Of a stretch of 64,000 nucleotides of DNA, positions 9,831-18,824 are shown piece by piece. Origin of the DNA: Candidatus Obscuribacterales bacterium (GTDB lineage: Bacteria > Cyanobacteriota > Vampirovibrionia > Obscuribacterales > Obscuribacteraceae); contig CBDDIJ010000003.1 in NCBI GenBank assembly GCA_965228855.1, positions 3,456,001 through 3,520,000 of the forward strand, read 5' to 3'. Under the pieces are notes generated by a model that was not told the origin of the DNA, did no database searches, and was given only the letters and a program-made list of their open reading frames with translations. Both the position numbers and the translations under genes were made by a program. Every line of letters starts with the position of its first letter. The stretch's first letter is position 1.

Positions 9831-11408
9831 CTATTTCGCAACGGAGCGACCATCCATCGCCGTTAACAGGTCTGGACTTTGAAGCAAACGCAAGGGCTGT
9901 TCTTGAATTTCAAGTTGAACAATGTCCTGACCGTCGGAAACGCCGAGTTCCTGAAATTTGCGGGCCGTAACAAGCACTCTTGTCTCCATTGAGCCAACAG
10001 CCTTGTTGTAGGCGTCGACAGACTTGTCGAGTCCTTTGCGAATCTCAGAGAAGTGTCCGGCCATAATACGAATTCGCTCGTATAAAGTCTTTCCGAGCTG
10101 ACTTATTGCCTGGGCATTTTCGGCCAGCTTCTCTTGCTTCCAGCCATAGGCGACGGCGCGGAGTAATCCGATAAGCGTGGTAGGCGTCGCCAAGATGACT
10201 CGTTGCTCCACGCCGACCTCGATTAGCGATGGATCCTGCTCCAGAGCAGCACTAAAGAAGGTTTCACCCGGTAAAAACAGTACGACGAATTCGGGCGAGC
10301 AGCCAAACTGCTCCCAGTACGCCTTACTCGAAAGTTTCGTCAGATGAGTACGAATTTGTCGGGCATGGTCTTTGAGACAGGCGATGCGGGTTTCGTCGTC
10401 GCGAGCCTCGAGCGCATCGAGATAGGCTTGCAATGGCGCTTTGGAATCAACAATTACGGTTTTTTGTCCAGGAAGGCGAACCAACAAATCGGGGCGAATC
10501 ACCGAATCCTCGGTCGTGATTGTCTTCTGCTCATAAAAGTCACAATGTTCGAGCATGCCTGCCATTTCGACAACTCGCTTCAGTTGAATCTCGCCCCAAC
10601 GTCCTCTCACAGTTGGAGCCCGGAGGGCGCGAACTAAATTTTGCGTTTCCTGCTGCAGGTTAGTCTGACCATTCGCCAGTGCACCAATTTGCTCCTTAAG
10701 CCCGGAGTAAGCGTTTATCCGTTCCTTCTCCAGATCCTGTATCTTCGTGTCGACGCTCAACAACGACTCCTTTAATGGCTTGACGAGTTCGTCGATAGAT
10801 TTTTGTCTTAGCTCGAGGTCGGTTTTCGCTCCCTCTTGGAACTTCTCCAGATGAGTCTTAGCCAGGTCTAAAAACGCCTGATTGTTAGACTTTAAAGCCT
10901 GGGAAGAGAGAGCTTGAAATGAATCAGTCAGTTGCTTCTGCGCTTGATCGATAAGCTTCAACTTCTCCTCGGCGGCTTGTCGTTCTTTCTCTCGAGCAGT
11001 TTCCAGAATCGATATTTGTTGTTTTAAAGCAACGACCTCTTGCGAAAACGAAGTTACCTTTTCATCGCGAAGGCGCACGTCCTGCTGGAGTTGATCGATT
11101 TTCGAATTGCGCTCTTCGGACGCAGCAAGCCGCATTTGCAATTGTGATACCAGCGAATTCCTTTCCTGCAATTGTTCGTAGTTGAGTGTATTTTGATTCT
11201 TAAGTTCATCGTACGAGCGCGAGGTTTGCGACTTAAGTTCCTCGATACTTCTATCTCGCTCTTCGAGTCGCGACTTAAGCGTTGCTTGCTCTGTTTTAAA
11301 CGCACTAAGATTACGTTCCAATTCGGCAGCCGACCTGCTACGAAAAATCAGCCAGGCAATCAGCGCTCCAACAGCGATACCGACAATTAAGCATGCAACT
11401 AATTCCAT
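9831..11408 (-). CDS. rmuC: DNA recombination protein RmuC
   Basis: N-terminal TM helix and coiled coil; [34 protein letters not shown] and [10 protein letters not shown]. Confidence 0.93.
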   Translation of the reverse strand: MELVACLIVGIAVGALIAWLIFRSRSAAELERNLSAFKTEQATLKSRLEERDRSIEELKSQTSRSYDELKNQNTLNYEQLQERNSLVSQLQMRLAASEERNSKIDQLQQDVRLRDEKVTSFSQEVVALKQQISILETAREKERQAAEEKLKLIDQAQKQLTDSFQALSSQALKSNNQAFLDLAKTHLEKFQEGAKTDLELRQKSIDELVKPLKESLLSVDTKIQDLEKERINAYSGLKEQIGALANGQTNLQQETQNLVRALRAPTVRGRWGEIQLKRVVEMAGMLEHCDFYEQKTITTEDSVIRPDLLVRLPGQKTVIVDSKAPLQAYLDALEARDDETRIACLKDHARQIRTHLTKLSSKAYWEQFGCSPEFVVLFLPGETFFSAALEQDPSLIEVGVEQRVILATPTTLIGLLRAVAYGWKQEKLAENAQAISQLGKTLYERIRIMAGHFSEIRKGLDKSVDAYNKAVGSMETRVLVTARKFQELGVSDGQDIVQLEIQEQPLRLLQSPDLLTAMDGRSVAK

Positions 11409-11435
11409 CTTTATTCTTTCACCAATTCGCTAGAG

Positions 11436-14400
11436 CTAAGCTGACATCTGGAATCCGTTTTTCGTCGTGACGGACGACTCGAACTGTCCTCTGCCAGCTT
11501 CAACAATCTGGCAAAAGAAACTAATCAGTTTCATCTGGGTTAAGGAGGTACAGGGCGTCTGTAGAAGGTCCGGACTTCCAACAACAAATGCCAGGGTCTT
11601 CGCTCTGGATATTGCCACATTCAGGCGACTTCTGCTGAACAGAAAATCCAGCCCTCTTGCAGAACCGCTTCCCTCGCTAGCACACATCGATAGTATCACG
11701 ACTGGTGCCTCCTGTCCCTGGAACTTATCTATAGACGCAACGCGCGCACCCGGAATCCGAGAGGCTATCTTTCGGACCTGCATGTTATATGGACTGACTA
11801 TAAGAATGTCTTTCATGGACAATACATTAATTGCTCCCGTCTTATCAGAAACACAGCAACGCAGAAGAGTATTAACCAGTTCTTCGATTGCATCGACCTC
11901 TTCATCGCTGGCCTGGCTGTTGCCACGATGCGGAACCGGACACCAAACGATTCCCGCTCGCTTCTGGAATCCGGAATTCAGCTGACCAGGCGGAATGAGC
12001 ACCTGATTAGAATTCTCTTCGTGCGCGACTAAACGAGAGTCATAGATTGCTGAGGATATAACCTCACAGATATCAGGATGCATTCGGCGGGTGACAGATA
12101 GAAAAATTCCCATGCTATCGGATATGGTGGCACTATCCTGTAGAAGATACTCAAGACAGGATAATCCACTATCTCCAGGATGAGAGCCCTCCGTGGGCTG
12201 CTCGAGCTGCATCTGATCGCCAAGCAACACAAGATTTCCCGTGCTTGGGCTCATTGCGGCTACGTTCGCGAGACAAACCTGTCCGGCTTCATCAACAAAG
12301 AGATAATCAACCATTCGAATAGCAGCATCCGAGCTAAACAACCAGGCGGTACCAGCAATCAAATTAAACGAATCCGGCTCTTCGTCTTTGAAAAATTTTC
12401 CTGATCCGCGTATGCGACGAACACCCGGCATATACGTTTGAGGTCCAGAGTCGGCTCCCGAAGGCGCAATCTTGGCGCCCCTCAGCGGAACGCCCTCTTC
12501 ACGAGCAACTTCGGCCACCTTTTCCAACAAATTGTCTATCGCTTTGTGAGAATTTGAAGTGATTCCGACGCGCTTTCCCTGACGCAACAATTCGACAATA
12601 GTATGGCTTGCAGTGTAAGTTTTGCCAGTTCCGGGCGGTCCCTGAATAGATAAGCAGGTCTCTTGCATACGACTTACAGCACTGACTACGGATTTCACAT
12701 CTCTAGCGTCTGCAATTGCGATCCCAACGGCCCGACCTTTGATGTTAGGTTCTTCCCGAAAGAGGAGGTCAGACAAACACTGCGGAATCCTTTGTCCCTG
12801 AGCCCAGGCGGATACCACCCGAAATATGGAACTCGCTATTATTTTGCTATCTACGAATTCATCCGGGATCAAAGAAATTTCTTCCGGAGGAACTGGTTTG
12901 CTTTTCCCCAGTAAGATCACAACGCGCCCCTTCCGGCGATCGAGAGAGGCTATGCGCGTGCTTTCCGCATTATGCGCGAACAGAACGGAGTCACCTTCTT
13001 TCATCTTTGTGTCTTGACTTGGATCAAACGAATACTCATAGCCGAACGAACGATTTATTTTAACCGGCGGATTTCTTACCCACGTCAGCTTTCCGAGACA
13101 ATCCAGATCGTCGTACAACTCATTGTCGGTCAGACTCATCCTCTCAAACCGACGCCACCACATCGGCTTATATTCACGGCGATGAAATTCAAGCAGACCG
13201 GCAAGCAGCTGTTGAACGCGCTTAGTCTCAAGATCAGCGATTTGCTCAGACGCTTTCATTAAATCAGCGGCAAGTGCGCCTGCAGGCATCAGATCGCGCA
13301 CCACAGGCGATGCCTCGATCTGAGGTCCAGAGAACTCGATACGATTCTCCTTCTGGCGGGCACGAAGCCATACCGCCAGTTGCTGCGTAGAGACACAATC
13401 CAACTCGTTGTAGTCGCGAATCTCTTTTAGAATTGGCGATTCTTGCCAGGTCAGGCCATCCTGGCATTCGATCCATCGCTCGTAGAAAACAACCGAATCA
13501 GTAGCTTTTGCTACAGTGCCACTTCGTTTGCCTCTATAGAGATGTTCTACATACTTAATCGAGTAAGACGGCTCTCCTACGCGCAGCCCCTGACGGACGA
13601 CTTGGAACAGGTCGACGAAAACCCTGTGCCTGAGGAGTTCGTCGACCTCTTCCATCCTCGTTGAATGACGACCCGCTAGTCGTCTAACAGCAGATACTTC
13701 GTAAGCCGCATAGTGATAGATATGCATTCCTGGGTCATGGCGCCAGCGCTCGTAGACCCAGTCTATGAAATTCTCGAAAGCTATCTTTTCTTCAGCTCGA
13801 TCGTGTGCCCACCAATCTTTAAATTCAATTGAATCACCGAGTTCGTAAACCACTCCCCAGAGATATTCCAACCCGCCTGACATATGAGGATATCCTTCCA
13901 TGTCAAAGTAGACGTCATTGAATGAAGGTGGCGGCAGCATTGCGAGCCCCTTGCCCGGAATTACAGGGAGCACTTCAAATGTAGTTTCACCGGCCATCTT
14001 CGAACGATTTTGAGCTCTGGCCTGTTGCTGGAGAGTATCGAACGTCTCTCGCGTCATTTTCGGAATCGATGAGGACTCGGAATTTGCGAGTTGAGTCAGA
14101 GTGTTAATTCCGGCATTCAGTAAGCGGTCGATCTGACTCTGCCGAATATTAGCGACTCGTGAGAGATGGTCTCTGTCTTCCAGAAATTTTTCCGAAACAG
14201 TCTTCCAACGGCTATGGGAACTAACAGTCCAGTCTTCTGGTGGATGGTCTTTTGAAAAACGTCCCTGAAACTCGAGGAATGAGTTCTTGAGGCGGAGATA
14301 GAGGTGATGATATTCGTGAGTACGAAATTCTTTTTGCGCGAAATCACCAAGCACCACTCTAACTGACCCTGGTAGTCGCCCTTGAATGCACTCAAGCATT

Positions 14401-14861
14401 TCTGCATAACAGCAGAGCTGGATAATGAAATGGGGTTTTGCCTTCTTCGAGAGTTTCGTGTCCCAGACTTCGTAGTGGAAATCTCCAAGCTCAGACGCAC
14501 CATCCACTTTGATGAGGAAATCGGAAAAGCCTGCAAACTCATCGGCTTGAAGAAATCCCTGATAGATGACCTCTCGGCCGTCCCGCATAGCTGCAATTGT
14601 TTCCAGTCGAGCAGATTCGCTTTTACTATGAATTTCCGCAATGTCGTAACCTTCTTTCCGTAATTGTGTGAGAAACGCTAACTCATGCGTGTTTCCGTGC
14701 TTGGCGAGAATCTCAAGACTCTCGTCACGCTCATCAGGCTTGACTTCATCCGGGTATTCAACAGAATATCGCTCCATCCAAGAGTCGAACTGTGAGTCCA
14801 TGAATGTAACGAGGTCGGACGGCGAATAAACCAGCGGACCGTCTGCTTTCATCCTGCGCAT
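11436..14861 (-). CDS. TM0106-family RecB-like nuclease fused to RNase H-like and SF1 (Upf1/DNA2-like) helicase domains
   Basis: YSPSDL start; PD-(D/E)XK motif GFSDFL...YEVWDTKL...QLCCY; YFDMEG, HIYHYAAYE and YNELDC (RNase_H_2-like); QGPPGTGKT, VDEAGQ, GDQMQL, RRMHP, PYNMQV, DKFQGQEA and RLNVAISRAK. Confidence 0.9.
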   Translation of the reverse strand: MRRMKADGPLVYSPSDLVTFMDSQFDSWMERYSVEYPDEVKPDERDESLEILAKHGNTHELAFLTQLRKEGYDIAEIHSKSESARLETIAAMRDGREVIYQGFLQADEFAGFSDFLIKVDGASELGDFHYEVWDTKLSKKAKPHFIIQLCCYAEMLECIQGRLPGSVRVVLGDFAQKEFRTHEYHHLYLRLKNSFLEFQGRFSKDHPPEDWTVSSHSRWKTVSEKFLEDRDHLSRVANIRQSQIDRLLNAGINTLTQLANSESSSIPKMTRETFDTLQQQARAQNRSKMAGETTFEVLPVIPGKGLAMLPPPSFNDVYFDMEGYPHMSGGLEYLWGVVYELGDSIEFKDWWAHDRAEEKIAFENFIDWVYERWRHDPGMHIYHYAAYEVSAVRRLAGRHSTRMEEVDELLRHRVFVDLFQVVRQGLRVGEPSYSIKYVEHLYRGKRSGTVAKATDSVVFYERWIECQDGLTWQESPILKEIRDYNELDCVSTQQLAVWLRARQKENRIEFSGPQIEASPVVRDLMPAGALAADLMKASEQIADLETKRVQQLLAGLLEFHRREYKPMWWRRFERMSLTDNELYDDLDCLGKLTWVRNPPVKINRSFGYEYSFDPSQDTKMKEGDSVLFAHNAESTRIASLDRRKGRVVILLGKSKPVPPEEISLIPDEFVDSKIIASSIFRVVSAWAQGQRIPQCLSDLLFREEPNIKGRAVGIAIADARDVKSVVSAVSRMQETCLSIQGPPGTGKTYTASHTIVELLRQGKRVGITSNSHKAIDNLLEKVAEVAREEGVPLRGAKIAPSGADSGPQTYMPGVRRIRGSGKFFKDEEPDSFNLIAGTAWLFSSDAAIRMVDYLFVDEAGQVCLANVAAMSPSTGNLVLLGDQMQLEQPTEGSHPGDSGLSCLEYLLQDSATISDSMGIFLSVTRRMHPDICEVISSAIYDSRLVAHEENSNQVLIPPGQLNSGFQKRAGIVWCPVPHRGNSQASDEEVDAIEELVNTLLRCCVSDKTGAINVLSMKDILIVSPYNMQVRKIASRIPGARVASIDKFQGQEAPVVILSMCASEGSGSARGLDFLFSRSRLNVAISRAKTLAFVVGSPDLLQTPCTSLTQMKLISFFCQIVEAGRGQFESSVTTKNGFQMSA

Positions 14862-14889
14862 GACTATGTATCTCCTGCTTACAAATACC

Positions 14890-14921
14890 AGCCTACGAAA
14901 TCAAGCTGCGAAATATCTGCA
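14890..14921 (-). promoter_or_regulatory. candidate WYL-dependent promoter/operator of the nuclease-helicase-rmuC operon (distal 6 bp displaced to 16961-16966 by the intron)
   Basis: The minus strand reads TGCAGATATTTCGCAG-CTTGATTTCG-TAGGCT, then AGGAG and ATG at 14861. With the intron removed it matches 18068-18106 at 30 of 39 positions. Confidence 0.6.
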
Positions 14922-16960
14922 GTGTCGACACGAGGTCGATTAAATGAATAGATTTAATAATCTCAGAGCACCTCCTTGCTCTGTCTCCACGTAAAAGACT
15001 CAATGAGTTCGCCCGCGTCGCAAGTAAGTGATGAACGCGATCAATAGAAGGGCACGAAAGGTCCGAAACTCTTAGCCACAATAGAGTGAAGAAGGACCGA
15101 GGGGAGACCGGCATGGTCAGGTGTGCACGAAGCACGAACACGAATCATCTTAAGTTCCGTCATTTTCGAAATGGTGAAAGTGGCTGTATGCACCATGCCC
15201 AAAAGGGAAGCGGGTTGGCTGATTGGTTTGCAGAGCAATCAGCAGGGAGGCTACACTCCCGCCGGAATACAGATGGGACCTAAACCGGTCGTTAGTCATT
15301 TAGTCGGAACGTGGTAAACCTCATGGGCTCTTGCTTTTGTTCAAGCGAGCAACCAACGCGTAAGCTGCGGCTCATTGCCTAGGAGGTAACGGATTCTGGA
15401 AAAAGCGAACGGTTCGCTGTAATGGCGGACACAGGGCAATACCCACGCTGAAAGGCGGCTGACTTCCAGAACGTGTCCCGCGAAATTACAATGAGAGGAA
15501 TTCGAACAACCGTGAAAGATGGAACCACACTTGGTATCGGAGCGGATGGAAAGCCTTTAGATTGGAGTCTCATGCCATGGGATTCAATTGACAAGTCTAT
15601 CAGAAAACTGAGACAGCGTATATTTCGTGCCATACGCGAAGGTCGACTGAATCAGGCGCGAAGCCTGATGAAACTGATGCTTCGCAGTTACTTGAACCTG
15701 CTGGATTCTGTGCGCAGAGCTACGCAAAAGAACAAAGGCAAAAAAACCGCTGGAGTCGACGGCGTAACAGCTCTAACATCGAAAGCAAGATGGAAGTTGA
15801 CCAGACAGATGGTAATGCAGACACCATGGACGGTGAAACCGACCAGACGTATTTACATACCGAAGTCAGGGAAACCCGGACAAAAACGTCCGTTATCAAT
15901 TCCCGCCCTGCGAGATCGGGTAGCACAGGCGATGATGAAGAACGCACTGGAACCCTGCTGGGAAGCTCGATTTGAGTCAACCAGCTACGGTTTTCGCCCT
16001 GGAAGAAGTCTCCACGATGCCGTTAGGCATTGCTGGGAATTATTCAAGGCGAATACGAAACGTCCGTGGATTTTAGACGCGGATATCCGTAGCGCGTTCG
16101 ACAAAATCTCACATGAACATATCCTACAAGAGCTCGGACCGGTTCCGGGACGAGATCTAATTAGGCAATGGCTCAAGGCAGGTTACATGGAGGCGGAAGT
16201 CTTTCACACCACGGACAGTGGCACACCTCAAGGAGGCATCATATCCCCGTTGCTTTTGAACATCGCCCTGCACGGCATGCAAAAAGCGCTGGGGAGCGCG
16301 TACGGATATGTCCGATACTCAGATGACCTCATTGTATGTGCACGAACCCGAGATGAGATCGAAGCTGCTAAAACGCGTATCCAAGAGTGGCTGAAGCCGC
16401 GCGGATTGGAATTGCACCCAGAGAAGACAAGAATTGTGCACATTGAGCAAGCACAAGCAAGCGACAGCGGAAGAGGTTATACGATACCTCAACCCCAAAC
16501 TTCGAGGATGGGCGAACCACTATCGACGAGCAGTAAGCAAAGAAGTCTTCGCGTACGTGTCTCACCAAGTTTGGCAGATGCTCTGGAGATGGTGCCTTAG
16601 AAGGCATCGGAAAAGAGCAAATACTGGGTGCGTAACAAATACTTTGGCTCTCCGAAAACGAAGAGCTGGAGATTTCAAGCGCACACCGATGACGGCGCCC
16701 TTTATCTTTATGACGTTAGCTCGACAGGAATCGAGCGACACATTAAGGTGCGAGGCGACGCCAGCCCGGACATTCCAGATCTGCGAGACTACTGGCATGC
16801 ACGTATCGAAGAATGTCGAACGTATTACCGCTCGCCGAAACAAGTAACAGTAAAAGCCCTGCTAAACGCTGGGTTGGATGCGCGAGCCGAATGATGGGAA
16901 AACTATCACGTTCGGTTCTAAGAGGGGCTGGGTGCGGTGACGCACCCATGCCTACTCGAC
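14922..16960 (+). mobile_element. group IIB intron (CL-like class) with defective RT ORF
   Basis: 5' end GTGTCGACACG. Stem GCTGATTG/CAATCAGC (15218-15243) presents EBS1 TGCAGA, complementary to the upstream exon end TCTGCA (14916-14921). GGAACGTGGTAAACC DI motif. DV GAGCCGAATGATGG-GAAAA-CTATC-AC-GTTCGGTTC (16884-16918). DVI with bulged A at 16954; the intron ends ...CCTACTCGAC. Confidence 0.9.
15473..16894 (+). pseudogene. group II intron reverse transcriptase/maturase, disrupted
   Basis: RVT_N-like KLRQRIFRA, GKKTAGVDG, RPLSIP, SYGFRPGRS, LDADIRSAFD, GTPQGGIISPLL and YSDD. After HPEKTRIVHIE the GFDFLG (RT7) block is missing and domain X (LNPKLRGWANHY) continues in another frame. A second 1-nt shift occurs near 16608. 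No HNH domain. Confidence 0.88.
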
Positions 16961-17033
16961 GTCGTGCGAACGAAAGATTAAAACTGCGTTTAATGACGGT
17001 GTAACTAGCTCCCGATCATGTAGTTTAAGGACC

Positions 17034-18005
17034 ATGAGTACCAAACTAGAGCGAGTTCTGGCAATTGACGCGGAAATCTGTCGTGGCGGATTTCCCGGAG
17101 TTCAGCACCTGTGCCAGAAATTTGAGATTTCCGAGCGAACACTCCACGACGACATTCGCTACCTGAAAGACCGCCTGGCCAGAGAAATAGTTTTCGACCA
17201 CACAAAAGGCGGATACTTCAACAGCACTCCAGATAAGCGTTTGCCGTCCTTTGAATTGTCCAGCGGTGAAATCTTTGCCCTGACACTTGGAAAGGAGATG
17301 CTATCTATATATACAGGTACATCCTTTGAGGCCACTCTTCGCTCCGCACTGGAAAAAATTTCTGAGCGCCTGCCGGAAAAGGTCAATGTCGACCCGGAAG
17401 AAATTAAATCGGTAATCCGATTTCGAGCCAGCGCAATCGTTCCCTTGAGCGCGAAGCTGTTTAGTGAAATGAATAAGGCATGCGATCTGGAGCAACAGAT
17501 CGACTTGACTTATTTTGCGGCAAGCAAAGGCGAAACCACCTCGCGCATAATTAATCCTTACTGCGTGTTGCACGACCGCGGCACCTGGTATGTGGTGGCA
17601 TACTGCAATTCGCGTAAAGCGCTTCGCATGTTTGCGCTGCATCGTATTAAGGACTACAAGATTCTCGACACAAACTTCGAGCCAATGCCGACTGAGGAAC
17701 TCACAGCATGGATTGATGCGGCATTCCAGATCGAGCATGGCGAGCGTACCTACCAGGTGATCATCAAGTTCGCTGCGCACTCGGCAAGATATATTAGAGA
17801 ACGGTCCTGGCATCCGCAGCAAGAGCTTGAGGATTTTGAAGACGGCAGTTGCAAGTTGTCTTTCCCAGCGGCAAGCCTGGACGAAGTTTTTCGCTGGCTG
17901 GCGCCATATGGTTCCGACGCTATTGTGATGGAGCCGCCGGAACTTCGGAAGCTGGTGATCGATGCGGCTAAGGAAACGCTCGAACAATACAACGTCTCCG
18001 TTTAA
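17034..18005 (+). CDS. WYL-domain transcriptional regulator (wHTH-WYL-WCX, PafBC/DriD-like)
   Basis: N-terminal HTH (LCQKFEISERTLHDDIRYL), WYL core (RIINPY...WYVVAYC...RMFALHRI) and WCX-like tail (RSWHPQQ...WLAPYGSDAIVMEPPELR). AAGGA RBS. Confidence 0.93.
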   Translation: MSTKLERVLAIDAEICRGGFPGVQHLCQKFEISERTLHDDIRYLKDRLAREIVFDHTKGGYFNSTPDKRLPSFELSSGEIFALTLGKEMLSIYTGTSFEATLRSALEKISERLPEKVNVDPEEIKSVIRFRASAIVPLSAKLFSEMNKACDLEQQIDLTYFAASKGETTSRIINPYCVLHDRGTWYVVAYCNSRKALRMFALHRIKDYKILDTNFEPMPTEELTAWIDAAFQIEHGERTYQVIIKFAAHSARYIRERSWHPQQELEDFEDGSCKLSFPAASLDEVFRWLAPYGSDAIVMEPPELRKLVIDAAKETLEQYNVSV

Positions 18006-18067
18006 ACCATTATATTGATGCGGTTGACATCAACTATTTAGCAGAAAAAACTTTTTCGAACGATTTT

Positions 18068-18105
18068 CACGACTGCGAATATTTCGCAGTCGTGTTTTGT
18101 AAGCT
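18068..18105 (+). promoter_or_regulatory. 27-bp palindromic operator plus -10 hexamer (candidate WYL-activated promoter)
   Basis: CACGACTGCGAA-TAT-TTCGCAGTCGTG has perfect 12-bp arms. TAAGCT lies exactly 10 bp after TCGCAG. No canonical -35 at the expected spacing. Confidence 0.7.
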
Positions 18106-18205
18106 GTTTATACAAGGTCGGAAATGCACTGAAGGATTGCAAGGACGGTGGATTGCTGACTGAGACCTGAAGACCGTTGCTGATGATAGAAAGGGATTGG
18201 GACCG

Positions 18206-18454
18206 ATGTTTCTAACGCCAGAGCAATTGCAACTAATACAAGATGCACTCGAATATTCGTGTACTGCTTTGTCGGACGAATTCGAGCAGAACAAACACAG
18301 CCGTGAAGCTGACGAAATTCAGCGCTCCGTTTTGGTATACGGCAAACTGCGAAAGTACAACAAGCTTTTAAACGACATTCGAAAGAGCCTGCCTGCACCC
18401 CCTACGATTCGGGAGAACAATGTTCTTGTTCTCGCCGCTAGCAGAGGGAGGTAG
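18206..18454 (+). CDS. small hypothetical helical protein (82 aa), candidate WYL target
   Basis: ATG at 18206 after AAGGGA; begins MFLTPEQLQLIQDALEYSC. Flanked by the palindromic promoter and a terminator. Confidence 0.65.
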   Translation: MFLTPEQLQLIQDALEYSCTALSDEFEQNKHSREADEIQRSVLVYGKLRKYNKLLNDIRKSLPAPPTIRENNVLVLAASRGR

Positions 18455-18494
18455 TATCGACTAATCTCAACCACGCAATGACAGTCTAATTATC

Positions 18495-18538
18495 ACGAAT
18501 CCGAGAAGTGTTATGAGCCTTCCCGGATTCGTCTTTTT
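18495..18538 (+). terminator. rho-independent terminator
   Basis: ACGAATCCGAGAAG / CTTCCCGGATTCGT stem (13 of 14 paired) followed by CTTTTT. Confidence 0.7.
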
Positions 18539-18635
18539 GCATGGAGCATGGCTTATAAAAAAGACTTTTCCACTCGCCCTTCCTAAAAATCGCCTCTCGA
18601 ATATAGAACAAGCATGTCAAAAACTTCTAACTAGA

Positions 18636-18824
18636 ATGGACGCTCCCATGACAGCTCTTGCAAACACTCTCGAACGCATCGCTCTTAATCTAGAGCAGGA
18701 GCAAGTGTTTACTGAAATCATCTTCGATGAGTATGAGTATCTTCTGGAACTTGCAAACGATGTTTACATCGCATCGCTGGAAACCCATCTGGAAACAATG
18801 GAAAACATTCGCCCGATCCACTAG
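18636..18824 (+). CDS. small acidic hypothetical protein
   Basis: 3' part of ORF 18513-18824, downstream of the terminator; amphipathic acidic helix (LERIALNLEQEQVFTEIIFDEYEYLLE). Confidence 0.4.
   Translation: MDAPMTALANTLERIALNLEQEQVFTEIIFDEYEYLLELANDVYIASLETHLETMENIRPIH

Noticed and set aside
15473..16600. RT as a retron, DGR, CRISPR-RT or defence-associated RT next to WYL and helicase genes
   Set aside because: It is embedded in a group II intron RNA (EBS1/IBS1, DV, DVI) and has domain X. I see no msr/msd, TR/VR pair or cas genes.
17301..17987. 228-aa minus-strand ORF
   Set aside because: Antisense shadow of the WYL gene with no recognisable motifs.
18068..18094. Palindrome as the WYL gene terminator or a CRISPR repeat
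   Set aside because: It could fold as a hairpin followed by TTTTGT, so a terminator role is not excluded. However, a second copy lies in a divergent promoter with the same -10 spacing, which favours an operator. There is no repeat-spacer array.
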